From positions 95,263 through 159,262 of IMG/VR virus record IMGVR_UViG_3300044609_000960: a stretch of DNA of 64,000 bases. One strand, written 5' to 3'. The stretch comes from a virus. The translations under genes and the position numbers were made by a program. Positions within the stretch are counted from its first letter, which is position 1. Each line of letters starts with the position of its first letter. Of the stretch, positions 38,789-47,901 are shown piece after piece. The notes beneath the pieces are model-generated. The model was given only the letters and a program-made list of their open reading frames with translations. It was not told where the DNA came from and made no database searches.

Positions 38789-39999
38789 ATCGACCAAAGA
38801 GGCTTCATTGGCTTTTTAGAATCGGTATTATTCTGCCTAAGAATTTTTGTCGATCCATCATCCTTTCTCTCAGGCTCAATCCATTCTCTCTTACCATCGA
38901 GCACAGCTGCGATCTCAGTAATCCAGTCCCCTGCAGTACATGCAGGGACATTTTGGCAAATTACATTACTATCTTTGGTGGGAATATGGACCTTCTCAGC
39001 GTAGTCATTAGGAAAGCCCATAAGCGCTAGACCTTCTGCCACAGTCAACCAACGGTCCTCGTGGGGATGCATAAGATAAGGCAATGACTTCCACATGAGA
39101 GATTGGGTTCTATACCAGGCCAGCTTCATGCTCCCATCCATGATATTTTTACCTGCTTTTTTCTTCTCAAGAGTGTAGTTGAGCCAACGATTAGCCTTCT
39201 CATCTTTAACAACTCTACAAGCCTCTTCTAACCAACCTGAGTCATGAATAACATTCCATACTGAAGTCATACGTTCAGATGCTACATGAGCAAGTATGTC
39301 TTGCTTAGTCGAACCTACAAACTTTGATTCAATAAACTGCCAGAGTGGATCTTCACTGGGAAGTTTTTTAGACTTACTAACAGAGTCGCTAGGAGCAAAT
39401 CTCCCGTCCTTAAGAAACTTATGGAATGGGTCAAATGATTTTTTGATAGGTGCCATAACAGGTACCTTATCTCCTTTCCATAGGAAGAAGAATGAACGAG
39501 TACGCTCTTGAGGCACTCCATGATTAATCGAGGTGGTTTTCACCAAACTCATAGTATACCCATGTTCATTCGCCAAGGCATTAATCCTTTCTGCAAACTC
39601 CTCACCCATCTTTGAATAAAGAGTAGGGGCATTCTCCACCATAATTGCCTTTGGCTTAATGTTCTTCATTGAAAACTCAGCAGCATTGTACATATGAATG
39701 TTACTAGGAGCTGAGCAACCACGAGGATTATTTGCTTTATCCCCTGAGGTGGTATTTGCCATCGAAAGTCCTGCGCATGGAGGCAAAGACGTAACAATAT
39801 CTACGTACCCTTTAGGAAATGCATTCTCTTCAAAGTCATAAAAAGGCACCTTGTCCATATACTTGAGGCAATATTGATCATTAGCCCCAAACACACTGCC
39901 CCAAGATGCAATCCATTCAGGCTCTGATCCTAGAGCAATCGATGTTCCAACAACACTGCCACCTACTAGGGGGATAATGTGTCCGTGAGTGTACGCCAT
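38785..39999 (-). CDS. Divergent DNA cytosine-C5 methyltransferase-fold protein
   Basis: PPC (IV), ENA (VI), PQERTR (VIII), RWLT..E...LMGFP (IX), QNVP (X); motif I reads IPLVGG instead of FxGxG. Confidence 0.85.
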   Translation of the reverse strand: MAYTHGHIIPLVGGSVVGTSIALGSEPEWIASWGSVFGANDQYCLKYMDKVPFYDFEENAFPKGYVDIVTSLPPCAGLSMANTTSGDKANNPRGCSAPSNIHMYNAAEFSMKNIKPKAIMVENAPTLYSKMGEEFAERINALANEHGYTMSLVKTTSINHGVPQERTRSFFFLWKGDKVPVMAPIKKSFDPFHKFLKDGRFAPSDSVSKSKKLPSEDPLWQFIESKFVGSTKQDILAHVASERMTSVWNVIHDSGWLEEACRVVKDEKANRWLNYTLEKKKAGKNIMDGSMKLAWYRTQSLMWKSLPYLMHPHEDRWLTVAEGLALMGFPNDYAEKVHIPTKDSNVICQNVPACTAGDWITEIAAVLDGKREWIEPERKDDGSTKILRQNNTDSKKPMKPLWSI

Positions 40000-40077
40000 A
40001 AAGTATTTGTGATATTATCTAAGGGATCCTTAGACTGAAAATCTTCGGTTTAAAGACTAGGGAGGATAGAATTAGAA

Positions 40078-40374
40078 ATGGACAAAAAACTCTCGACTCA
40101 GGATTACATGGAAATCTTGAAGAAGAAGCGCCAAGATGGGACATATGACTATGCAGATCGTGTGTTCTATAAAGGTAAAGTCATGCTAAAATGTCCTCCA
40201 GGATCTACAAAAGCTGGAAATACCTGCGTCCCATCAATGAAAACACCAGCGGGTATGGGACCTGGAAAAACCTGGCAAAAAGACTTAGGTGGTATTAATC
40301 CCCAACAAGTACAACAACTAACAACAGCTAAATCCCAAAAAGACGTTAAAAAAGCCAGAAAGTCCGGCAGTTAA
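40078..40374 (+). CDS. Small basic protein with CPPG...CVP motif
   Basis: 98 aa, GGAGG and GTTTAAAG upstream. Confidence 0.6.
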   Translation: MDKKLSTQDYMEILKKKRQDGTYDYADRVFYKGKVMLKCPPGSTKAGNTCVPSMKTPAGMGPGKTWQKDLGGINPQQVQQLTTAKSQKDVKKARKSGS

Positions 40375-40392
40375 ATTGTTTTTATAATAACT

Positions 40393-40635
40393 ATGATTGA
40401 AAGAATCTCAAAGCCAATTCGCTTTGATAAGCAAATCCCTTGGCTAATTGTTGCCCGTGATGGAGAAAAATTCTTTGTAGCAAAAGAAGATGTAATTGCA
40501 GAAGATCCCTCAATGGAACTTATTGAGATGGGTTCTCGCTCACTCCTCCAGTGGGCCATGGAATATGACTATCCACTCCGTAAATTTGTAAAGCTCCAAA
40601 AAATCCTTGTTAAGAAGTATTTCGATATTCAGTGA
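40393..40635 (+). CDS. Hypothetical protein
   Basis: 80 aa ORF co-oriented with neighbours. Confidence 0.55.
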   Translation: MIERISKPIRFDKQIPWLIVARDGEKFFVAKEDVIAEDPSMELIEMGSRSLLQWAMEYDYPLRKFVKLQKILVKKYFDIQ

Positions 40636-40688
40636 TAAAGAGGTTTCCTATGATAGAATGATGATCAAATCATTCACCTCGGGAGACC

Positions 40689-41525
40689 ATGACTCTATCC
40701 TTTGATTATCAGTACATCAAGATCGCAAAAGAGATCCTTTCTGAAGGAACTGAGATCGTCGGCCGGAATAATCTGCGATACAAGCAGATGTTCGGCCAGA
40801 CTATCAAAGTTGATATTCGGGAAGGATTTCCTGCATTGACCATTCGTAAAATGCCCGTTCGTAATCTCTTCAGAGAGTTTATGTGGGATATCAATGGGGA
40901 TTATAAAGTTTCAGCACTTGGTCCCGCAAAACATTTCTGGGATTTTCTGGCCGATACTGAAGGCCGTCTTGCTGGGTCTTATGGACGTTCTTGGCGCTCT
41001 TGGCCACAAGTCTGCCCAGAACAAGATATGCAATGGGAAAACTTCCGTGCCAAACCATTCGATCAGCTCAAGTGGATCTGGGAACAACTCCGCATTAACC
41101 CCACCAATCGACAACTTGTTCTTCAGACTTTTAATCCTGCTTACGATTCTCTTCACTGCCCTCCTTGTCATCCTAACGTCGTGTTTTCTAGCGATGGGGC
41201 TCATCTGGATATCTTGGTAACAGCTCGGAGTAATGACATGGCCACCGGGGTCCCCTTGGATATGTTCCGTTATAGCATTCTTTGCACAAAGATGGCTCAA
41301 GATGCAAATCTTATTCCTAGGTTTGTGATGTTTACTTCTGCCAATAATCACATCTATCTGCAGAATGAGATGGCCATTGAATCTATTATCAAGAACGTCC
41401 CAATGGAACCTTGTGACCTCTGGATTAATAATGAAAAACCCTTGTTCGATCTTGATCCAGAAATTGATTTTGAATTGATTGATTATCAGTCTCATCCTGC
41501 TGTCCGTATGGAGGTGGCAAACTGA
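40689..41525 (+). CDS. Thymidylate synthase homologue, predicted dCMP (hydroxy)methylase
   Basis: GFPALT, FRE..W, YG..W, PPCH, RSND, HIY; Asp191 at the position equivalent to E. coli Asn177. Confidence 0.85.
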   Translation: MTLSFDYQYIKIAKEILSEGTEIVGRNNLRYKQMFGQTIKVDIREGFPALTIRKMPVRNLFREFMWDINGDYKVSALGPAKHFWDFLADTEGRLAGSYGRSWRSWPQVCPEQDMQWENFRAKPFDQLKWIWEQLRINPTNRQLVLQTFNPAYDSLHCPPCHPNVVFSSDGAHLDILVTARSNDMATGVPLDMFRYSILCTKMAQDANLIPRFVMFTSANNHIYLQNEMAIESIIKNVPMEPCDLWINNEKPLFDLDPEIDFELIDYQSHPAVRMEVAN

Positions 41526-42802
41526 TGCCACTTCCTACATACGACTACAAATCCACTCTCCTTGAAGATGTATTTGAGCCCATCCTCGATCCTTATTACC
41601 CGGTTGTCGTCTTTGATTTCAAGGTATATGCTCATGCCATTAATAAGTTTGCAGGATTGGCTTCTGAAGTTGCTAAAGACGAAGAAGAACTAAAGACAAT
41701 CATGAAGGCGATGTGGGCCTATAAGCTCAATCGTGGTCCTGATATGCTAAGTCCTTTCCCTTTTGTAGGGGTCGTGGTTGATGATCTTAAAGGCCAATTT
41801 ACTCCAGAGTTTGCTGAAGCATCTACAACTGGAATTGGATACTGGAGACATATTGAAGCCCATAAACTTTCCTTGGCCGAGTATAAAGGAGGTAGGGGAG
41901 AAAAAACCCCCTTCTTCTATATCACAGAGGCTGCTGGATACGAGTATATCCTCTCTAAAGGCTCTACTTTCCCCTATTTTGCAAAGGAGTTCTTTGAGGC
42001 GGATGATATTGCTGGGCATATCTGCAGACTGAGACGTAAAGCAAGGAAGAATACGACTCTAGCTCAGAGGCAAATCATCCTATCCACTGTGGATGGTGAC
42101 TGGCAAGGACTCGTTTCAGATCAAGATGATATTGTCTGGGCTAATACTGGCCCATGGTTACCTCGTCTCCGTTCTGAACGTGAAGTATGTGACTACTATC
42201 TCCGTAAAGAAAAACTAATCATCGACTCGGCGTACGGATGCTATACCGTAAAAGAAAAAGTAGGAGATGCAGGAGATAATCTCCTCCCAGGTACACCTTT
42301 ACGATTTTTTGATTTATACAATGAAGATTCTGAATGGCGTTTTACGAAAGAAGATACCAGTGCAATATCAAAAGTACTCAACTCCAATACTCCTTCGAAC
42401 AGGGAGGATCATCTATCTTCCGCGAAGAACTTCATCACATCGAGAGGGTTATTCTTACCTGAATTCGGAGAAACTCATGAGGATGAGAAAAAGTATTTCA
42501 TGGCAAAATCTGAAAAGATTAGGATTGAAAACTCGCATCCAGAACTTCGTGGGAAGAATAAAACGCTTTGTATGGCGTTAATAGATACAGAGGAGTCCTT
42601 TAACAAATGCGTAAAACTCGCTGTTGAACAAGAAGACATTAAAGAAAAAATAAAGAAACAAACTGAGGATATTGCTAAATGTAAAGAGATTGAGGATAAG
42701 AAATGTGAAAAGGAGCTCAGAGTAACTCTGAAGTCTTTAAAAGCATTAAAGGAATCCATTTCCAACGATATATCAAATTTGATTATCTCTCTAGACAACT
42801 GA
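41525..42802 (+). CDS. 5'-3' exonuclease (PolA N-terminal/T4 RNase H/FEN-like)
   Basis: WRH, YKGGR, FEADD, DGDW, GDAGDNL motifs; C-terminal coiled coil. Confidence 0.85.
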   Translation: MPLPTYDYKSTLLEDVFEPILDPYYPVVVFDFKVYAHAINKFAGLASEVAKDEEELKTIMKAMWAYKLNRGPDMLSPFPFVGVVVDDLKGQFTPEFAEASTTGIGYWRHIEAHKLSLAEYKGGRGEKTPFFYITEAAGYEYILSKGSTFPYFAKEFFEADDIAGHICRLRRKARKNTTLAQRQIILSTVDGDWQGLVSDQDDIVWANTGPWLPRLRSEREVCDYYLRKEKLIIDSAYGCYTVKEKVGDAGDNLLPGTPLRFFDLYNEDSEWRFTKEDTSAISKVLNSNTPSNREDHLSSAKNFITSRGLFLPEFGETHEDEKKYFMAKSEKIRIENSHPELRGKNKTLCMALIDTEESFNKCVKLAVEQEDIKEKIKKQTEDIAKCKEIEDKKCEKELRVTLKSLKALKESISNDISNLIISLDN

Positions 42803-42845
42803 CCAGATCCATCCTATAATAGTCCCCTAGGGACTTTTTTTCTTT

Positions 42846-44687
42846 ATGGCAGCAGAATCTAAAAAACAAGGACATTCTTCCGCAAAGGAGACTCTTGGGG
42901 TCAAGGGTCCATCGAAGATGTATAAGTCGATTCTAGCCTGGTTGGAGAATAAAGGCTATCATCTTCGTTTTGATTACAATGCTAAACTTCAAAGCTTCCA
43001 CTCTCTCTACGAAGAACATGATCCTTCTATGGATCCTATGGCGCCGAAAAGTGTCCGGTATCCCAAGTGGTTCCAGTTTTTGGTACCAGCTTCTGAATAT
43101 CGCCTTGAAGCCGCCCAAGACCTAATTCTTGATGAAACCTGTATTGAGGAGATCGGCGCAGAAGAGCAAGAGTTTGCTGTCCCACTCTTCATCTATCGCA
43201 GTGGTCGGAGTAGTGAGATCACTGACCATGTTTTAGGACTGGAGAATCTCAAGGCCCTTCGGCATAAGAAGATGGGCGGTGGACAATATAAACTTGGTAT
43301 TGCCCACTCACCCAATAAGAATGAAGGTAACAAGAGGGCTATTGAAGAGACCTACGCGTATGTCCCTGAGAAGGATTGGTTTGCCGAAGAGCTTCAAGAA
43401 TTGACCTTCGAAGATATCGTAAAAATCTTCCCATACCACGAAGCTCAGATGGTAAAACTTATCATCGGCCGAGCATGCGTTGGCAGGAGTGGATCTGCTC
43501 ATCCAGGCACTAATGAGATAATCGAGCATGGGTTTCGTAAGGCTGGGGTGGTGATTGGTGAACCAGGTGTCGGTAAGACAATTACCCTCAATGGTATTCT
43601 CAATGCAATGAAATACGTGGGGTATGATGTTTCTGCCATGGGAGACTTTGGTTCCCGCTTCAATCAAGGTTCGGTTATCACATCCCACCTCGCGTATAAT
43701 GACGACCTTACACTTGAGAGTCTTGAGAAGATGCTCAAGGCTCATAGCTTCAAGTCCGTGGTTACTGGAGGGACAGAGAAGATCGAGAATAAGGGCACAG
43801 ATGCAGTAGAAGTTGTGGCCAACACTGTCATTCTTGCAAACTGTAATGAATGGAAGCCGGAGATTACCTATAGCCTTGATAGTGGGGCTATTAGTCGCTT
43901 AGCTCCCATCTCTACATATCGCCTCTTTGAACTTGAAGAGATGTCCACAGAGGAAGGTCATGACATCCACCCCGGTTCTCATATCCGCTGGTTATGTGAG
44001 AAATACGATACCGACCCCATGTCCCTCTATCTCCGGGTTCTCCGAGACTGCACAGACTTCTTCCTGTCGAAATGCAACGATGCAGAAGACGTCCACTTCT
44101 ATTCTGAGTCTCTTCTGCCTTATATGCGGATTCAGATCCACAAGAACTCTCTCGAGTGCTTCATTCGATTTGGTTTCCTAGCGTATGCCATCCGTCAACG
44201 CAGAGCAGAAGGCAATTGGCTCCCTGAACTTACCTTGGGTTCTCTCGCTGAGATCCTTGAATCCACCCGATTCTTGATGATTGACAAGAGAGCAGATAAG
44301 TTCCGCAATCTACTCAAGGATGATTGGAATGAGCGTAATCGGTCTCAATGGCATCCTTACTGGGCCCAGAGGAAACTTCTTATTACTTCTATCGACAAAG
44401 CCTATGAGATCTTTAATAATTATCGCAATGATAAGGATGTGGCATTGACCACCGAGAACGTATTCGATGTCCTCCGTCTCCGTGATGGTTTCTCAATGGG
44501 TAAGAAGATGACGCACATCGTCAGAACCTGGGAGATGGTGAAAGGCGAGAAGAATAAGATCTATGAGTTGGCAAAGAAGGTTGTTTCAAACATGACAGAA
44601 GAGGAACTAGAGCCTATCTACGATGATAAAACTCGGGCAAATGTGGAATGGATTTACAGTCCTGATTACGATCCTCAAAAAGTGTGA
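42846..44687 (+). CDS. Superfamily 3 (D5-like) helicase
   Basis: GEPGVGKT Walker A, YNDD Walker B, KSVVTG, ENKG, ANCN motif C. Confidence 0.8.
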   Translation: MAAESKKQGHSSAKETLGVKGPSKMYKSILAWLENKGYHLRFDYNAKLQSFHSLYEEHDPSMDPMAPKSVRYPKWFQFLVPASEYRLEAAQDLILDETCIEEIGAEEQEFAVPLFIYRSGRSSEITDHVLGLENLKALRHKKMGGGQYKLGIAHSPNKNEGNKRAIEETYAYVPEKDWFAEELQELTFEDIVKIFPYHEAQMVKLIIGRACVGRSGSAHPGTNEIIEHGFRKAGVVIGEPGVGKTITLNGILNAMKYVGYDVSAMGDFGSRFNQGSVITSHLAYNDDLTLESLEKMLKAHSFKSVVTGGTEKIENKGTDAVEVVANTVILANCNEWKPEITYSLDSGAISRLAPISTYRLFELEEMSTEEGHDIHPGSHIRWLCEKYDTDPMSLYLRVLRDCTDFFLSKCNDAEDVHFYSESLLPYMRIQIHKNSLECFIRFGFLAYAIRQRRAEGNWLPELTLGSLAEILESTRFLMIDKRADKFRNLLKDDWNERNRSQWHPYWAQRKLLITSIDKAYEIFNNYRNDKDVALTTENVFDVLRLRDGFSMGKKMTHIVRTWEMVKGEKNKIYELAKKVVSNMTEEELEPIYDDKTRANVEWIYSPDYDPQKV

Positions 44688-44755
44688 GGGGGGTACTTTG
44701 TGACAATATGTGAAGAGGGGCCTCTTCGAATCTTATTCTCTGATAAAATTAACTC

Positions 44756-45745
44756 ATGACAAAGATCTCCGCTTCTATCTCTCTTGACTCTGAACAGTGG
44801 GACCATAAGCCCTCCTCAAAGCTCCAGTATGGCTCTGAGGTTGATAAGTTCGGCAATCCTAAGACCGAGGTTAGGGTCATTGGCGCCCGCCTCGGCTCGT
44901 CTATCGATGAGGTAACACCAAAGTCCTTGGCCCGATTCATCTCCCGTGGTCAGACCTGGAGTCCCTTTGTGTTCAATGTCTGTCCTAATTGGAAACGTCC
45001 GCGAAGGGTCGAAGGACTCTTCAAGAGTTGCCAAGTCTTTGCTATCGACTTCGACAATGGAGAATCCACTGAGGAGATCCAACTTCGCGCGGCTGAACTA
45101 GGTCTAAAGTTTTCTATCATCCACAATAGCTTTAGCTCTACTCCAGAGTTTCCTAAGCATCGGGGGATTATCTTTGCAGACACAGAGGTAACCGATTTTG
45201 ACAAAGCCAAAAAAATCTCTACCGGATTGGCATATGCCTTCGATGGGGATAAGCAATGCATTGATGTTGCTCGGTTATATTTTGGCTCAACTTCAGGTAG
45301 TATTATTTCTGTTGAGGCTGAATATTGCGCTAAGGTTGCTGATCTGGAAAAGATCGCTGAGGCAGTTAATGCAGAACAATATCTGACAAAGTCCGAAAGG
45401 AATGTTGCCAAGCCAGAAGGATCGGAGTGGGGTGATGCTAAACTCCAACGTAAGATTCTTGGGGGATTGACATCTGCCAAACGTTCGTATGTTAAGAGGA
45501 AAGTACTCGGTATCCTCAAGGATGTAGAGACATTCGATGGTAAGAAAGGATCTAGATATGAATGTGTATGGAGGAATGCATCGAGATTGGCAAGGATGCC
45601 GGAGGTGGTAGGGAGTGCCGCTTATCAATGGATGATAGAGAGCATCGAGAAGAACCCGTACTTCTCTGATTGGGAATGGGACGCCGGGAATGTAGTTATT
45701 AGCGCAATCCAATGGAGTTCCGATCACGCAGACGATCCAGTTTAA
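44756..45745 (+). CDS. Primase-polymerase-like protein
   Basis: FAIDFD, SFSS...KHR, D..C.D.ARLYFG; adjacent to SF3 helicase. Confidence 0.75.
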   Translation: MTKISASISLDSEQWDHKPSSKLQYGSEVDKFGNPKTEVRVIGARLGSSIDEVTPKSLARFISRGQTWSPFVFNVCPNWKRPRRVEGLFKSCQVFAIDFDNGESTEEIQLRAAELGLKFSIIHNSFSSTPEFPKHRGIIFADTEVTDFDKAKKISTGLAYAFDGDKQCIDVARLYFGSTSGSIISVEAEYCAKVADLEKIAEAVNAEQYLTKSERNVAKPEGSEWGDAKLQRKILGGLTSAKRSYVKRKVLGILKDVETFDGKKGSRYECVWRNASRLARMPEVVGSAAYQWMIESIEKNPYFSDWEWDAGNVVISAIQWSSDHADDPV

Positions 45746-45768
45746 AATAGAATATAGAGGGTCATAGA

Positions 45769-46029
45769 ATGAATTTTGCAAATATAAGTTTTGGATCTAA
45801 TCTTAATTTTTCTAAAGGACGGATAGATTTAGGAGAAGAATTTTTTAAAAAAGATTCTGCTAATTCTGGGAAGTTGGGAATAGAAGCATTTAAAGGTAAT
45901 TTAAATGTATCAGATATTAAATTCCCATCAAATGCCCCGATGTTTGAAAATGTATTTAAAGAATCCCCTATTGTATCCGCTCCTCCTACCCCTCCATCCA
46001 CTCGTCCGTATATCTGGAAATATCAATAA
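45769..46029 (+). CDS. Hypothetical protein
   Basis: 86 aa, GTTTAAAA motif 22 nt upstream. Confidence 0.5.
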   Translation: MNFANISFGSNLNFSKGRIDLGEEFFKKDSANSGKLGIEAFKGNLNVSDIKFPSNAPMFENVFKESPIVSAPPTPPSTRPYIWKYQ

Positions 46030-46072
46030 TAATTAGGGTTTAAAGACAATATAGATATAGCTTTAATTCCCA

Positions 46073-47887
46073 ATGCCGGGCCGTGACGAACTATTACAAC
46101 AGAATAGATCCGCGGTTAAGGCTAGGATAGAATCAGCCGGGGAGGAGGCGTCGACTGGAGGCCAAAAGCCTGTCTACTCCTCCCATCGCAGTCTTTTAGG
46201 GGGTAATTTAGATGTTGCCTCGGCATTGGAGAGTATTGAATTTGCAATCAAGGGTCCTCTCGGTGATGGTGCATTACGTAACTCAGTAGCTTATATACGG
46301 TATTGGAATAGACCTGGGAGCAAATCAACTGCGGAGAACTCTGCCCAGATCATAGATGCTACTCAAATCGATCCGGCATTAGATCCTCAGTTACAAACCG
46401 CAGAACAATTAGCCAATGCGTGGTATGATGGCGGTGAACTTCCAGATAATACTACTATAGAATATAGTACCTCCTTACCAGGTGAGGCTGATGCAACTGA
46501 TTGGTATACAGTAAATACTGGAGTAGAAAGAGATGAGGATGGAAATATAATCCGTGGAATAAGCCAGACAGTCTTTGCTTCGCCTAATACCGATCGACAA
46601 AAGGCTCTTTCTCAAGAAATACCTACAACTAGAACTTATTCTGGAGATCCTAGGGCAATTATAGTTGCAGATACCGAGCAGATCGGTGGAGGAGGCAGAG
46701 GATCTAGGGTTGCTGATCAGCAGATCGGACAAGTTAAACCTGCAAATCCTAACGGATTTGTAAATACCGTCTCAAGAACAGGAAGAAGTGTATTAGGCCT
46801 TCCACCTGGACAGATAGGATATACAGGTCAAGCTGGAGGAGCCCAAGGAGGCAAAGCTGCTCTTGCTTCAGGTGGTACATTAACCAAGGGCATGTGGCAG
46901 TTCCTCTTCAATCCCTCTGAGTTGGAGATTGAGGCCGGACCTGAATTCCGAACGGCAGAAACCTGGGGGGTTAGTGATAAAGCAAACTCCGGCCAACCAC
47001 TCAACTGGAGCCATAATAAAAATACTCAACTCAAGTTTAATTCTGTGCTTCTCAATGGATATGTATTTGGACGCAAGGTAGAAGAACTGGAGCAGGGTAT
47101 CTTTGAGCTCTTTATGGCTAGAGATGGAGAGGGTCAGGCTGGACCTCCTATCCTTGAGTTTGTATGGGGAAAGAGAGTGTTTGGCCCATGTGTGATTAAG
47201 GATATCTCCATTAAAGAAAAGATGTGGGATGAGGGGATGGTTGTTAATGCAGAACTATCCTTTACCCTTGAGCAGATTCCTGAATGGACGATTAATGACG
47301 GATATGTGGATGTGGCTAGACCCGGCCGGATTCCTATGGTCTATGATGCCACTGAATCCGGTCCTGTTGGCGTAGGAAGCACAGTGCCTCCAGGCGCGTC
47401 TCCAGATGCTAAGTCTCCAGATCAAAAATCTCAAAAACCCCAACCCCAGTCTCAAGGAGTATTAAGTGAAAGAGTCTGTGAAAGGGCCTATTATTATACT
47501 GGGTTATTCACCCAATTTAGAACAAGAATGAAGAATATAGGAGGATTTTTAAACCTTGGCAGTTATTCTGAGTATGGAAGAATCATGACAGAGTTCCAAA
47601 TAAAATATCAAGATGCTATTCAAGAATTAGGTAGCGATTTTGATAATCCTTCTCAGGCGAAAATATTATATCAAACAATACAAAATATAGTAGATCCTAA
47701 CAGAGGTTTAATTGCTACGGATATTGAAAATAGACTTACGCCCATTATACAAAAAGCAATTAATAAAGCTGGTGCTATATATAATAGCCCAACTAAATGT
47801 CCCTCTACAAGAGGTTCTACGGTACAACCGGAAAGAAATGGAACCCGTGGTGTAAATACTAGATTATCCACTCCCCTCAATTTATAA
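46073..47887 (+). CDS. CIS-tube/tail tube initiator-like protein
   Basis: FLFNPSEL, PPILEFVWG, CVIKDISI, AELSFTLEQ motifs. Confidence 0.7.
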   Translation: MPGRDELLQQNRSAVKARIESAGEEASTGGQKPVYSSHRSLLGGNLDVASALESIEFAIKGPLGDGALRNSVAYIRYWNRPGSKSTAENSAQIIDATQIDPALDPQLQTAEQLANAWYDGGELPDNTTIEYSTSLPGEADATDWYTVNTGVERDEDGNIIRGISQTVFASPNTDRQKALSQEIPTTRTYSGDPRAIIVADTEQIGGGGRGSRVADQQIGQVKPANPNGFVNTVSRTGRSVLGLPPGQIGYTGQAGGAQGGKAALASGGTLTKGMWQFLFNPSELEIEAGPEFRTAETWGVSDKANSGQPLNWSHNKNTQLKFNSVLLNGYVFGRKVEELEQGIFELFMARDGEGQAGPPILEFVWGKRVFGPCVIKDISIKEKMWDEGMVVNAELSFTLEQIPEWTINDGYVDVARPGRIPMVYDATESGPVGVGSTVPPGASPDAKSPDQKSQKPQPQSQGVLSERVCERAYYYTGLFTQFRTRMKNIGGFLNLGSYSEYGRIMTEFQIKYQDAIQELGSDFDNPSQAKILYQTIQNIVDPNRGLIATDIENRLTPIIQKAINKAGAIYNSPTKCPSTRGSTVQPERNGTRGVNTRLSTPLNL

Positions 47888-47901
47888 AGAAAAGATAATC
47901 C

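Noticed and set aside
40689-41525. Calling this gene plain thyA
   Set aside because: Asp at the Asn177 position and presence of ThyX argue against it; symbol withheld
40911-41531. 206-aa antisense ORF and other short nested ORFs in the track
   Set aside because: Lie wholly within genes with clear family motifs
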